Below, piece by piece: positions 37,830 to 51,313 of a stretch of 64,000 nucleotides of DNA. Within the stretch, counting starts at the first letter, position 1; each line of letters opens with the position of its first letter. Made by a program: the position numbers and the translations under genes. The notes beneath the pieces were generated by a model that was not told where the DNA came from, made no database searches, and saw only the letters and a list, made by a program, of their open reading frames with translations. The stretch comes from Octopus sinensis (lineage: Eukaryota): assembly GCF_006345805.1 (NCBI RefSeq), contig NC_043006.1, positions 103,416,001 to 103,480,000 on the forward strand. Direction: 5' to 3'.

Positions 37830-38855
37830 CGAATGGGTGGGTTAGTCGAATGAATCAACTCCAAAATTTCCTTATCACTTTATTTTATCGACCACAGGAA
37901 GATGACAGGCATAGTTGCCGTCGGCCGGATTTGAACTCAAAAGGTAAAGAGCCGGAAGAAATAACGCAAGGCATTTTAACTGACGCTGTAACGATTAATT
38001 CAATTTACATAACGGATGACAGGAATCACAACGAACAATAGAAATACTAGTAATAAGTTTGTCTCTTGTTTCTAAGATAAGTACAAGGAGTGATTGTGGA
38101 TATCATGAACTTCAGTACTTGGTATTTTCAGTAATTGGTATTCTCGTTCATCTATTCTGGAGGCATAAAAGGAAAAGATGATATCGACTACGTTCGAACT
38201 TATGATTCTCAACACACTAACGACTCCGATATAGTAATAATGATGATAATTATTTCTCCTATAGGCACAAGGCCTGAAATTATAGGAGAGATTCCATTAG
38301 CCCCATCGCTCGACCACAAAAGGGTGGAAGGCAAAGTATGCCTCGGCAAAATTTGAAACTTAGAACGTAAGGCCGGGAAATATGCCGCAAAGAATTTATC
38401 CGCTTCGCCAACGATTCTGTCCGTTCGTCGCCTTAATAATAATCCGGTCTACTATAGGAACGAGGCCTGAAATTTTGGGAGAAGGGACAAATCGATTTTA
38501 TCGACCCGAGACCAGTGCTCAAGTGTTACTTATTTTATCGATCCGAAATTGATGGCAGGTTATGTGGACCTCGGCGGAATTTGAAGTCAAACCGTTAAGA
38601 AGGACGAAAACCTGCCGTGCATTTTGCCCGGCATAATAACGATCAATCCTTAATGCTATAAACAGAATGCCTGAAATTTTACAGGAGAAGGTTAATCAAT
38701 TACATCGACACCAGCACCCAACTTATTTTATTAGTCCCGAATAGTTAAAAATTAAAATTGACTTCGCCCGGATTTGAACTCAGAACGTAATGAATCGGAA
38801 GAAATGCCTCTAAGCAATTTGTCCGACGTGCATACTCTGCTAGTTCGCCCCCTTA
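37830..38855 (-). mobile_element. Cluster of about five old, same-orientation SINE copies
   Basis: Repeated TTTATCGACC..GACCTCGGC(G/A)GAATTTGAAC motifs and AGGCCTGAAATT tails. Confidence 0.7.
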
Positions 38856-39388
38856 GTTCTAATAAAGAAGATAAATGAATATAATAAAGCCGAAAAACAA
38901 ATGGAATGTTGGTGAGAGATATAAAAGCAAAGAAATTAGTAACTGAGTCTGCATCAGTTACAACAATAACAGCATCAACATCTAATATACGATACCCAAA
39001 TATAAACTATTACCAGAGATACAAGAGTAATAATTAATTAGTTAGATAATGGATTGGATAAACGGAAATATAACGTAACGTTAGTCGACTGGAGCAAAGA
39101 AATACGCTATATAAGACACGTCTGTCTAGGGACAGCTGGTCCAAAGTATACGAAGGTATTTTATATATGAGAAGCACATGCCAATGAGTTTTAACCATTT
39201 CTATGCATAATGAGAAATGTAATTAAGAAAATGAAAAAAGAAGGAAAGAACTCTCTCGAGGTTAATGGAAACAGGCCAAAAGATGAAGTGGAATGCTATC
39301 AGTGACAAGGTCGCAGATGTGCTATGAAAGGTTATGACACTTTACACTAAATTATATTAAGAAATAAACGATAGTGAATGGAGCTGGC

Positions 39389-39470
<82 letters not shown>

Positions 39471-40086
39471 TATATATATTATATATAATATATATATATA
39501 TATTATATATATATATATATATATATGTTATATGTGTGAGCACGTAAGCACTATGTATGTATGCATGTAAGTGTGTATGTATCTATGTATGGGCACTATG
39601 GATACGTATGTGTATATGGGTGTGTATGTGTGTGTAGGGGCGTGCGAAGCTTAGAACAGCAAAAATTTGTTGGTTTCAGCAGATGCTGATTTTTACCAAA
39701 TTGTAAATCCGCCAGTTTCTTAAAGTAAGAATTGTATTGTAATTGTATAGTAATAATAATCTGTATGCTTGCATCTATATATACATATGTATCTACGTAT
39801 GCATACATATGTATATATATATATAATATATACATACATATGTATATATGTATATATACATATGTATATATTGATGCAAGCATAGAGATAAGGTTAGTAT
39901 TACTATACCATTATTATATAATTCTTACTGCGTATGTATATATAATCCTTATATACGTATATATGTATGTATGATTATATTATTATGGGTGGTTGCGCGC
40001 GTGAACATATGTGCATAGAAGACATCCCATATATACGTGAGACATATGCAATTTGTATATATATAATATATATATATTATATATAC

Positions 40087-40303
40087 TAAGCAATAAGGTT
40101 TTAGCAACGAATTGCCTTACCACATACCGATTAGAATAGCAGTCAAAGGTTTAACTATTTCTTATACTAAAAAGGGAGATCTCAGTAAAACAGCAATGTG
40201 TTTTTACTGATATCTCCCTTTTTAGTAGAAGAAATAGTTATAACCCTTTGACTGCTATTTATTCGGTATGTGGTAAGGCATCGTTGCTAACCCTTATTGC
40301 TTA
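40087..40303. repeat. Fold-back inverted repeat (~105-bp arms, ~6-nt loop)
   Basis: TAAGCAATAAGG...CAGTAAAACA gcaatg TGTTTTACTG...CCTTATTGCTTA. Confidence 0.92.
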
Positions 40304-40959
40304 TATTACTTAAATTTTCTCGATATTTTACATGCCGAAGACTATTGGTGTAATTGATAATATCCATAATTAATTTCACCTTCATTATTACGGATATATA
40401 TATATATATATATACGCACGCTATATGTATATATTATTGTATATGCGTCTATATAAATATATATATATATTCATATATACGTATATATGCATACATATAC
40501 ATATATATTTATATATACGTATATGTATCTATATATATATATGTGTGTGTGCATGTATGCATATATATATGTGTGTGTGCGTATCTATATATATGTGTGT
40601 ATACATAGATACACACACATACATAGATATAGGGGGAAAGTGAGAGAGGACTAAGAGAGGAAAGGGAAAAATAAATATAGTGATGGCTATTATGAGGGTG
40701 TTACAGATAGTTGTATACATACCAGTGTCTCCATCCAAAATTTGAGAACATTCAAACAATGGGTCGTTCACAGAGTTCGAAGTGATATTTCAACAGCAGA
40801 GTGTTTATATGCTCTTCTATAATGTCAGTATGACTGATATATGGACCATCGCTTGTAAGCTGGTAGCGTTCAAGTTACATCTCACAAAACACATCAGTGA
40901 ATCTCTTAAATTTGTCATCTTTCATCAAGGTATGATATAGATAACTAAAAGTTGCATTT

Positions 40960-41330
40960 GCAGGTAGTAAAGCTTTCTCCTTTAAAAAGAGCGAAGCGCC
41001 GCAGAAAATATAAATCCATTTGTGAAGTGTATGATGAAGGATGCTCGGGTGTTTGTATGTCAATCAACATTTCGAAGATATATTGCGAATGTCAAACACG
41101 GAAATTTTAGCTTCGAAGACATAAGGTGGTCCGGAAGATCTTCAGAGTTGGTCACGTTTTTGAAGACAAAAACTGAAATGTGAAATGAGCACAAAAGTAG
41201 CACTAGGGAACTTCCAGAGATATTGGAAGTTTTGAAAAGTATTGTTTCTCAACACACAGTGAAATGTGAATACATTTCCCGTTCAGATGTATAGGTTCCT
41301 CGCATTCTATACCAACATGGACAGGGGCTC
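40960..41330 (+). pseudogene. Mariner transposase N-terminal remnant
   Basis: HGNFSFEDIRWSGRSSEL matches the mariner G.F.LED..RSGRP motif. Confidence 0.55.
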
Positions 41331-41451
41331 TATCTTCTCTTATGCTCCTAAAAGGCAAACGAGATGAAGCAACATTGTTTTGGAGATTTGCGAATCAACG
41401 TCAATACACGCGTACACACACACACATACACACACACACACACACACATAC

Positions 41452-41502
<51 letters not shown>

Positions 41503-41535
41503 GATATGCACACACACACACAAACGCGCGCGCGC

Positions 41536-41566
<31 letters not shown>

Positions 41567-41591
41567 TACACATATATATACATATCATAAA

Positions 41592-42251
41592 CACGCACAG
41601 AAGTGGCTCTGCGGTAAGTAGCTTGCTTACCAACCACATGGTTCCGGGTTCATTCCCACTGCGTGGCACCTTGGGTGTCTTCTACTATAGCCTCAGGCCG
41701 ACCAAAGCCTTGTGGATAGATCTGATAGACAGAAACTGAAAGAAGACCATCGTATAAATATATACGTATGTATGTATGTATGTATGTATGTATGTATGTA
41801 TGTATATATATATATATTGATATAGATAGATAGATAGATAGATAGATATAGATATAAATATAGATATATGTATGTGTGTGTATATGTTTGTGTGTGTGTT
41901 GTTTGTCCTCCCAACATCGCCTGACAACCAATGCTGGTGTGTTTACGTCCCCGTAACTTATCGATTCGGCAAAAAAGACCGATAGAATAAGTACTAAGCT
42001 TAAAAAGATTAAGTCCTTGTGTCGAGTTGTTCGAGTAAAGGCAGTGCTTCAGCATGTCCACAGTCAAATGAGAGAAACAAGTGAAAGAATAAAAGAATAA
42101 ATGAATACCATACACTTAGCGGTTCGGCAAAAGAGACCGATAGAATAAGTACTGGGCTTACAGAAAATAAGTCCCGGGTCGATTTGCTTGATAAAGGCGG
42201 TGCTCCAGCATGGCCGCAGTCAAATGACTGAAACAAGTAAAAGAGTAAAAG
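41592..42251 (+). mobile_element. SINE plus an extra tail fragment
   Basis: Head GTGGCTCTGCGGTAAGTAGCTTGCTTACCAACCACATGGTTCCGGGTTC; second tail at 42117-42251. Confidence 0.9.
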
Positions 42252-42814
42252 AGTATATATATATATATGTGTGTGTATATGCCAATATGTGTGTGTATGT
42301 CTTTCTGTTTGCATTTTCTCTACATCTCATTTGAAAACTAGTGATGATTTGCCTAAATTCCCGTAACTTGACGGTTCGGTTTAAGAGATTGATAGAATAA
42401 ATGCCAGGTTTTTAAAGGTTAGCTTACTGGGGTCAATTTCCCTGACAGAACTTCTCGCAATTGTATCCCAGCATGGCTGTAGTCTTGTGACTAGGGGGAA
42501 GAAAAAGATAAGTGTGCGCGCATGAGTACGTGCAGGCGAGCGCGCATGCGTGTGTGCGTGCCTGCGTGTGTCTGATTATGTGCATAGATACGTACATATG
42601 TATTTTATCTTTAGATTTTTCTGTCATTTCTTTCAGTCATTCGACAGTGAACATGATCTTGAACATCCGGTCAGCTAGGTGATACAAAAAGGGACAACAA
42701 AACATCCAGGTAGACGATACAAAGAAAACAAGCCCTCTATCCTCAGTCAACCACCAGTTTATCCTCGCAGTGATTGTGTATATATTTTTATATATATATA
42801 TATAAAGCAGTGAT

Positions 42815-42859
<45 letters not shown>

Positions 42860-43786
42860 ATATATATGTATATATGTATGTATAGTGAATTTATTTATAA
42901 AAGCACAGACATAAGAGAGAGAAACAGTGCATGTATATTTATTACTTATAAATACTATCTTGTAGGTGTGCGTGTGTCTGTGTCTATGCGTGGGGAATCT
43001 AATGAGAAGAAAATGTAAAGAAACAGAGGATGGTAAGAAGGACAAAAAGAAATAGCATGTGCTACAGGTGATGATGTATACATTTGTGTATGTGTGTGTG
43101 TGTGTGTGTGTGTGTTTGTGATTGTGCTTGATGTGTTAGGAATAATGGAAAGAGGATATAGACAAGTAGATAGACAAATAGATAGTCACAGAAAGAGAGA
43201 GAGCGAGAGAGAAAGAGAGGGGGATAAAATATTAGAGGATATTACAATGAAATCATAGGTAGTAGTAGCAGTGGCAGTGGCAGTGGTAGTAATAGTTGGG
43301 AGAAGAGAAGCGGAGCGACATCTAAGCATTGTAGATGAGGATGTGTTCACTTACTACGTTTTCAAAACTGGACGTAACCAGAGCAAACTTTAAATCCAGA
43401 GGTCAGGTCAACGTATTTTGCGCACAAATCTTTGTCGATATCTGTGGTAGTTGCTGCTACGTTCACCCTTAATTGCTTGAGTAGTAGTACCTAGATTACT
43501 ATATAGAAATGATCACGAAGAGACATTAGGTGTGGTCTGGAAATGAGGTTAATTATTAATTAATTATAAGTAGGTGCTTTCAGTATTTTTGGTAATAGAA
43601 ACCTGGTTTTGATTAAGGTGTTATTTTCAACATCGGAATCAAAGTAGCGTTAAATACGATAATTACAAGCAAATATTAGTTTAGCTAACATTATTCTCTA
43701 GGGAATTGGTGGAATTTTCAAATTATAGTTAGAATGCCTTGTGGCGTTTTATCTGGTCTCTGCTTTAAGGCCCGCGATCTAATGGT

Positions 43787-43990
43787 TAGGGAGTCGCAAG
43801 GTCCTCGTATCGATTCCCATACTAGATGGAACATCGTGGTTTTAAGCAAAACGTTTAATTTTACCTGGCTCCAGTTCACTCAGCTGTTAATGAGTGCCAA
43901 CAGCAGATGGGAAGTTAAACCCGCAACGGACGAGCCTTGTTTTCAAGTGTGAGTTTTTTCCTCACAGCCACTTTTCCACCTTTGAAACCG
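43787..43990 (+). mobile_element. Degenerate SINE
   Basis: CTCCAGTTCACTCAGCTG..AATGAGT block shared with 52790-53060. Confidence 0.6.
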
Positions 43991-44559
43991 GTTCATGTTT
44001 CGGCTTTATGAATTTTGGGACTCAAGACAGTCCAATGTCTAAGTCCTCTGGGTTCTGGGGTTTAAACCCCACTGAGGTCAACTTTGCCTTTCATTCTTTT
44101 TCCAGTTGATTAAATATCACCGATGCGGGGCAATGGATCCGTAGAACACTTGAAGGATCAGCTGAACTGCTAAGAAGCTGTCTTCTGGTGCTTGTTTCAC
44201 ATGTGTTGATTTCGTTTAGGAAGCAACACCTATTAGGAAACTGGTACGAATCTAAATCAACAGGAATCCATTGATTTTCCTTCGGATAATCATCAGTAGC
44301 TTCAATAGGGGAGATATGCCTGCATTGATAACTGACAGAATATGCAAGTCGTTAATGGAGATTTAAATACTGCAACCAACTGCCGTGCTGCTTTCGATAT
44401 TAAAACAGATATACACATTTGCTGCTGAAATTTCATACGTAGGACATTGATATACGAAGTGTGTATCAGAAGCTGTTTGACTTTCTCATGAGAAACATTT
44501 ATTCATGTCAGAGAAGTACAAAACTAAAAACTACTTCGATGTAACAACCTCTGACTTCG

Positions 44560-44800
44560 ATGCACTTTAATTAATGCTCCAATCGCTTCCTGAAGATACT
44601 ATGGAAGTTCTCTAGACTGAAATAATCACGGACCGTTGCCATATTCTCCTCCATTTTCTTAATATCTTCAAAATGACTTCTAAGATTCTTCTATAGGTTG
44701 GGGAACAACTCAAAGTCACAGGAATGAAGGTCTGGATTGTAGGAAGACCGAGGGGTAGTTTTGATAAGCATCTCACACAAATTGATAGTAACTTGTATCA
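44560..44800 (-). pseudogene. Mariner transposase C-terminal remnant
   Basis: SYNPDLHSCDFELFP resembles the mariner YSPDLAP.DF.LFP motif. Confidence 0.55.
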
Positions 44801-45741
44801 AGCAGTGTTTAGTACGGTGTGTTCCAAGTGCTGTTAAAGTCGCCATCTTCAATTTAAATTAAAAATTTGACATGTTAGCTTATTAGTTGTTTTGTAACAA
44901 TATACGGAAATGACCTTTATCTAGGGCATTTAAAACTGCCTCTCCAAAAAAATCTTAAGATGCCTAGAATACGATTCGTATTCATATATGCACATAAACA
45001 AACACCAAATACTTCCACATTTTAAGTACGATATCTGTACAACACACAACGGACTCATAATAGATTCATTATACTGTTATTGATGTGAACATAATGAAAA
45101 ATAATGTTACTACTGACTATTAAAACTTCATAACTCATTAGATCTCCTGGTTTTAATTTTTTCTTTCATACGTAACGTATTGAAAGGAAGAAACATCATG
45201 TGAATAGATAGATATATCACATATTCTGCTTATCAAAATTCAAGATACAACCCACCGATGCATTATCTACTGTTTTAGCTATACAATCTCCCCGGAAACT
45301 TCGCATCACACCTTTCATGTAATTTTCATTTTGAAACTAGATTTATGTGGAATACCTTTAACTGATGTACATACATAGATACACAAACACACTCACACAA
45401 ACACCCACACACAAACATGCAATTGAAGGAATGGATCGGGTAATATCCAGGTTACATATGTTTCCTTGCTTGCAGATACCCTGATGTAGTAAATTACTCA
45501 ATGAGGCGTAATCAGCTAGCTCCTCATCAAGCCGAAGATATCTTCATTATATGAAAGTTACGTTGTCGTTAAGTAATCCCAAGTTATCAGTTATCAGTTA
45601 AAGACAGATATTCCACATAAATCACGAAATACAGAACATATAATATAAGAAGATAAAGCTTCTTTTACTATTATAAATTACCATATTCCAATAGGTTTTC
45701 TGACATATTACGATATACACCATTATGAAGGTGTATATGAA

Positions 45742-46900
45742 GGCAGAAACGTCAGCACGCCGGGCGAAATGCCTAGTGGTATTTCGTCTGTCGTTAAGTT
45801 GTGAGTTTAAATTCCGCCGAGGTCGACTTTGCCTTTCATCCTTTCGGGGTCGATTAAATAAGTACCAGTTACGGACTGAGGTTGATATAATCGACTTAAT
45901 CCGTCTTTGTCTGTCCTTGTTTGTCCTCTCTGTGTTTAGCCCCTTGTGGGTAGCAAAGAAATAGGTATTTCGTCTGTCGTTACGTTGTGAGTTTAAATTC
46001 CGCCGAGGTCGACTTTGCCTTTCAGCCTTTCGAAGTCGATAAATTAAGTACCAGTTGCGCACTGGGGTCGATGTAATCGACTTAATCCGCTTGTCTGTCC
46101 TTGTTTATCCCCTTTATGTTTAGCCCCTTGTGAGTAATAAAGAAATAGGTATTTCGTCTGCCGTTACGTTCTGAGTTTAAATTCTGCCGAGGTCGACTCT
46201 GCCTTTCATCCTTTCGGGGTCGTTTAAATAAGTACCAGTTACGCACTGGGGTCGATGTAATCGACTTAATCCGTTTGTCTGTCCTTGTTTGTCCTCTCTG
46301 TGTTTAGCCCCTTGTGGGTAGTAAAGAAATAGAAATAAGTATTTCGTCTGCCGTTACGTTCTGAGTTAAAATTCTGCCGAGGTCGACTTGACCGTTTATC
46401 CTTTCGGGATCGATAAATTAAGTACCAGTTACGCACTAGTAGTCGACTTAATCCCTTTGTCTGTCCATGTTTTTCCCCTCTATGTTTAGCCCCTTGTGAA
46501 CAATAAAGAAACAAAAAACATTAGCACGCTGGGCGAAATGCTTAGCAGTACTTGGTGTGCGCTTACGTTCTGAGTTCAAATTCCGTCGAGGTCGACTTTG
46601 CCTTTCATCCTTTCGGGGTTGATAAATTAAGTACCAGTTACGCACTGGGGTCGATGTAATCGACTTAATGCGTTTGTCTGTCCTTGTTTGTCCCCTCAGT
46701 GTTTAACCCCTTGTGGGTAGTAAAGAAATAGATATTTCGTCTGTTTTTACGTTCTGAGTTCAAATTCCCCCGAGGTATACTTTGCCTTTCCTCTTTTCGG
46801 GGTCAACACATTAAATACCAGTTGCGTACTAGGGTTGAGCTAATCAGCTGCCCCACTCCACCCAAAATTTTGTGCCTTGTGCCTAGAACAGAAAAGATTA
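45742..46900 (+). mobile_element. Head-to-tail tandem array of six SINE units (~185 bp)
   Basis: Units restart at (G/A)GTATTTCGTCTG at 45778, 45964, 46148, 46338 and 46731; a partial head appears at ~46516. Confidence 0.9.
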
Positions 46901-47204
46901 TGTACCGTTTTCACATGTAGCACGGCATAATATTTCTAGTGTCATTATATATCAACTTTAATTCTACTCTTATTCTAAAGAACAAATTTCCTGAATGGTG
47001 TTCCACATGTAGCCAATACAATTTTACAAAAAAATTAGTTCTCACATCGCTTATGCTGGCTGTTGTTACTTTTGTATTGAGAGAATATGACTGCGTGTAT
47101 TTTTTATCTTTTATATTTTTCTACCTATTAGAGTAATCTCCCTTTTATTCAACGTTTTTTCATAGCGTGCATATATCTATATATATACATCTATATATAT
47201 GTAT

Positions 47205-47863
47205 GGTCACTTTCGAGTGCTACTGGTAACATGTAACACAGTACAACCTGTTGCATAGTCAGGCCGCCGGCGTCTAAACCGGCAACCCCACCAAACTTGC
47301 TTGTTGAGGAGGGTGTTTATTGGACACCCTGAGGAATGAAAAACAAAACCCGTCAAAGGGCGGAGGAACTCTTGAGAGTCAACGGCCATCCAATAAAGGA
47401 GTATATATTTTTTTCTTAAGGCTGTATCATACGCGGAGACATAGAAATAATCGGACTGAATACCCGATCGCGCGGTTAAACCATTAGGAGCGAAGGGCTC
47501 CAAGCCTTGGTTAGGGCATCCTTCTAGGAGAAGGTAACTCAGGTAACTGGGATATCTCCGACATAAAACCTGCGGCTCAGTGGTTACCGATGATGTTGAC
47601 TTGTTCTTCTTTTCGGATTATGGCTACTGTTGCTTAGTGAGTGGGATTGACTCTGTGCACAGCCTTTCCTCACTTTAAAAAAGATCTTCTTGCACAGGCA
47701 TTGCACGAAAGCAACATTGTTCATGATTGTTGATGGTGCTGTGAGTCTCAACTGAATCGCTGGCTGTAGCCTTAAAAAGCAAATAAAATTCACATTCGAT
47801 TTCAGCACCAATAACAGTTACGCTTCGTGGAGTGGCCATACTCGATAACGAGAGGGCAGCCAT
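47205..47863 (+). mobile_element. Non-coding element resembling an RTE 5' UTR, with a ~230-bp extra segment
   Basis: Inverted homologue of 48571-48991; the TAGGGCATCCTTCTAGGAGAAGGTAACTC motif recalls RTE 5' UTRs (recalled, not searched). Confidence 0.55.
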
Positions 47864-47873
47864 TATATATATG

Positions 47874-47904
<31 letters not shown>

Positions 47905-48030
47905 GTGTGGTGTGTGTGTGTGTGTGTGTTGTGTGTGTGTGTGTATGTATGTATAATTATTTAAAAGCGTGTGTATTTTTTATTTATTTTATATTTATAT
48001 TTATTTATAAATTAACTTAAAGTTCTTTAT

Positions 48031-48162
48031 AAAATCTCTGACGAAGCCTAGAAAACCATCTAAGTACCTCAAATTCATCTACTTATTACTTCAGTCTACT
48101 GGAAGAATAAATGTAGAATGAGGTATTTTTGCCTCTTGGCTGAAACAGCTGTAAGTTATTTT
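48031..48162 (+). ncRNA. Type-I hammerhead ribozyme with long stem II (Penelope-like context)
   Basis: Core CTGACGA (48038-44) and GAAAC (48142-46); stem II AGCC/GGCT with inner TACCTCA/TGAGGTA; stem III AC-AGCT-GT; GTA cleavage triplet at 48151-53; stem I AAAATCT / AG(TT)ATTTT. Confidence 0.75.
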
Positions 48163-48366
48163 CCCAATTTATATTCCTGTATGTTATTTTATAATAATTA
48201 CTGGTATCCTTATATATTAATATATTTTATATTTTATATGTAAAACATATGTTATACATGTGTGTATATTCTTGTAATTGTCAGTTTAGTAAATAAATAA
48301 ATAAGTTGACATAATATAATGTCTAAAAGTTGATGAACCACCTATTGATCCCCTCCATTTTCTTAT

Positions 48367-48439
<73 letters not shown>

Positions 48440-48512
48440 CACATACATACGTACATCCATAAATATACATACATGCACGCATACATAGATACATATACAT
48501 ATATACATATAC

Positions 48513-48544
<32 letters not shown>

Positions 48545-48570
48545 TGTGTGTGTGTGTGTGTGTGTGTGTG

Positions 48571-48991
48571 ATGGCTGCCTCCTCGTTATCGAGTATGGCC
48601 ATTAAGTCAACATCATCGGTAACCACTGAGCCGCAGTTTTTATCCGGAGTTATCCCAGTTACCTGAGTTACCTTCTCCTAGAAGGATGCCCTAACAAAGG
48701 CTGAGAGTCCTTCAATCCCAATGGTTTAACCGCGTGATCGGGTATTCAGTCCGATTATTTCTATGTCCCCGCGCATTATACATCCTTAAGACGTTTATTG
48801 GATGGCCGTTGACTCTCAAGAGTTTCTTCGCCCTTTGACGGGTTTTGTTTTTTATCCTGCAGGGTGTCCAATAAACACCTTCCTCACCAAGAAAGCTCGG
48901 TGGGGATGCCGGTTTAGTCGCGGACAGCCCGACCATGCAACAGGTTGTACAGTGTAAGATGTTACCAGTAGCACTTGAATGTGACCTGACG
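48571..48991 (-). mobile_element. RTE-UTR-like element, copy 2
   Basis: Reverse complement of 47205-47863 minus the 230-bp segment. Confidence 0.75.
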
Positions 48992-49044
48992 TATATATAT
49001 ATAATATATATATATATTATATTAAATTAGGCATATATATATAT

Positions 49045-49076
<32 letters not shown>

Positions 49077-49149
49077 CACATACATACGTACATCCATAAA
49101 TATACATACATGCACGCATACATAGATACATATACATATATACATATAC

Positions 49150-49200
<51 letters not shown>

Positions 49201-49201
<1 letters not shown>

Positions 49202-49621
49202 TGGCTGCCTCCTCGTTATCGAGTATGGCCATTAAGTCAACATCATCGGTAACCACTGAGCCGCAGTTTTTATCCGGAGTTATCCCAGTTACCTGAGTTA
49301 CCTTCTCCTAGAAGGATGCCCTAACAAAGGCTGAGAGTCCTTCAATCCCAATGGTTTAACCGCGTGATCGGGTATTCAGTCCGATTATTTCTATGTCCCC
49401 GCGCATTATACATCCTTAAGACGTTTATTGGATGGCCGTTGACTCTCAAGAGTTTCTTCGCCCTTTGACGGGTTTTGTTTTTTATCCTGCAGGGTGTCCA
49501 ATAAACACCTTCCTCACCAAGAAAGCTCGGTGGGGATGCCGGTTTAGTCGCGGACAGCCCGACCATGCAACAGGTTGTACAGTGTAAGATGTTACCAGTA
49601 GCACTTGAATGTGACCTGACG
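49201..49621 (-). mobile_element. RTE-UTR-like element, copy 3 (identical to copy 2)
   Basis: No differences from 48571-48991 seen; 630-bp period. Confidence 0.75.
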
Positions 49622-49653
<32 letters not shown>

Positions 49654-49660
49654 TAAATTA

Positions 49661-49704
<44 letters not shown>

Positions 49705-49874
49705 GAAGGACAGATAAAGAGAATAAAATAGAGTCAGAAGGTAGATAGATTTAATCCAATACCATACGAGTATTTGTCTTTCTGACTGATTACATAATTA
49801 AATTATAAAACTATTTTACCTCGTATTCTGTTCTATAACAGATAGCCAGCCGTCATTCCTCGTTCTGCTTCTCT

Positions 49875-49879
49875 TTCAA

Positions 49880-49954
<75 letters not shown>

Positions 49955-49985
49955 GTCTATCTTTCTGTCTGTCTTTCAGTCTATA

Positions 49986-50065
<80 letters not shown>

Positions 50066-50114
50066 ATCTATCTATCTATCTATCTGCCTATCTTTCTGTC
50101 TGTCTTTCAGTCTA

Positions 50115-50195
<81 letters not shown>
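49875..50195. repeat. (CTAT)n/(CTGT)n microsatellite
   Basis: Direct inspection. Confidence 0.95.
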
Positions 50196-50539
50196 ATAAA
50201 TATATAAATGCATATATATATGAACACAGATACGCACAAACATACAAACGCACATATACTTATACATATACATACCTGGCTATCAGTCAAGCTATTTGTG
50301 TAATTTGGTGTGCGGTGAGGGAGCGAGAGAGAGGAAGAGTTGGGTAGATTGTGAAGAAAGAGGGCGAGGAGAGAGAACCGAGCGAGATAGGCGAAGATAA
50401 ATATATTATTGAATATGTAAGAGAATGCAAGAGAAGTAAGAGTTTGACTTCAAGAAGTTATATATGCATGTGTAATTCATACACGCAGACACAAATACAC
50501 ACATAAAATCGCATATTTATTTACACCCCCCACACCCCC

Positions 50540-50671
<132 letters not shown>

Positions 50672-50674
50672 AAG

Positions 50675-50905
50675 AGGCGGCGAGCTGGCAGAAATGTTAG
50701 CGTGTCGGGCGAAATGCTTAGCGGTATTTCGTCTGTCGTTACGTTGTGAGTTCAAATTCTGCCTAGGTCGACTTTGCCTTTCATCCTTTCGGGGTCGATA
50801 AATAAAGCACCAGTTTTGCACTGAGGTCGATGTAATCGACTTAATCCGTTTGTCTGTCCTCGTTTGTCCCCTCTTTGTTTAGCCCCTTGTGGGCAGTAAA
50901 GAAAT
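50675..50905 (+). mobile_element. Full-length SINE (GGCGGCGAGCTGGCAGAA family)
   Basis: A-box-like TGGCAGAAATGTTAG and B-box-like GAGTTCAAATTC; same family as 23589-23806. Confidence 0.92.
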
Positions 50906-51234
50906 ATATATATATATATATATATAAACATATGTATATTAAATGCATTTGCATATACATATATACAAAACCATAAATGCATTTTGGGGGTATTTGTGTA
51001 TGTATATATAAATATACATTGATGATGCATATATATATATGTGTGTGTGTGTGTTTAAATGCACTATACGTTAAGCGTGTATGTAGATTGAATGCTAATA
51101 GGAGTAAAAGCGATAGAGAGAGCGAGAAAGTGAAAGAGAGAGAGAGAGAGAGAGGTGTAGACAACGAAAGAGGAAAAATATGAAACTAATGAATATGCTG
51201 ACTTTGTTAGTTACGTTTCCGCCAGATAAGAGAT

Positions 51235-51313
<79 letters not shown>

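Noticed and set aside
45742-46900. CRISPR-like or satellite array
   Set aside because: No repeat-spacer structure; units are SINE copies.
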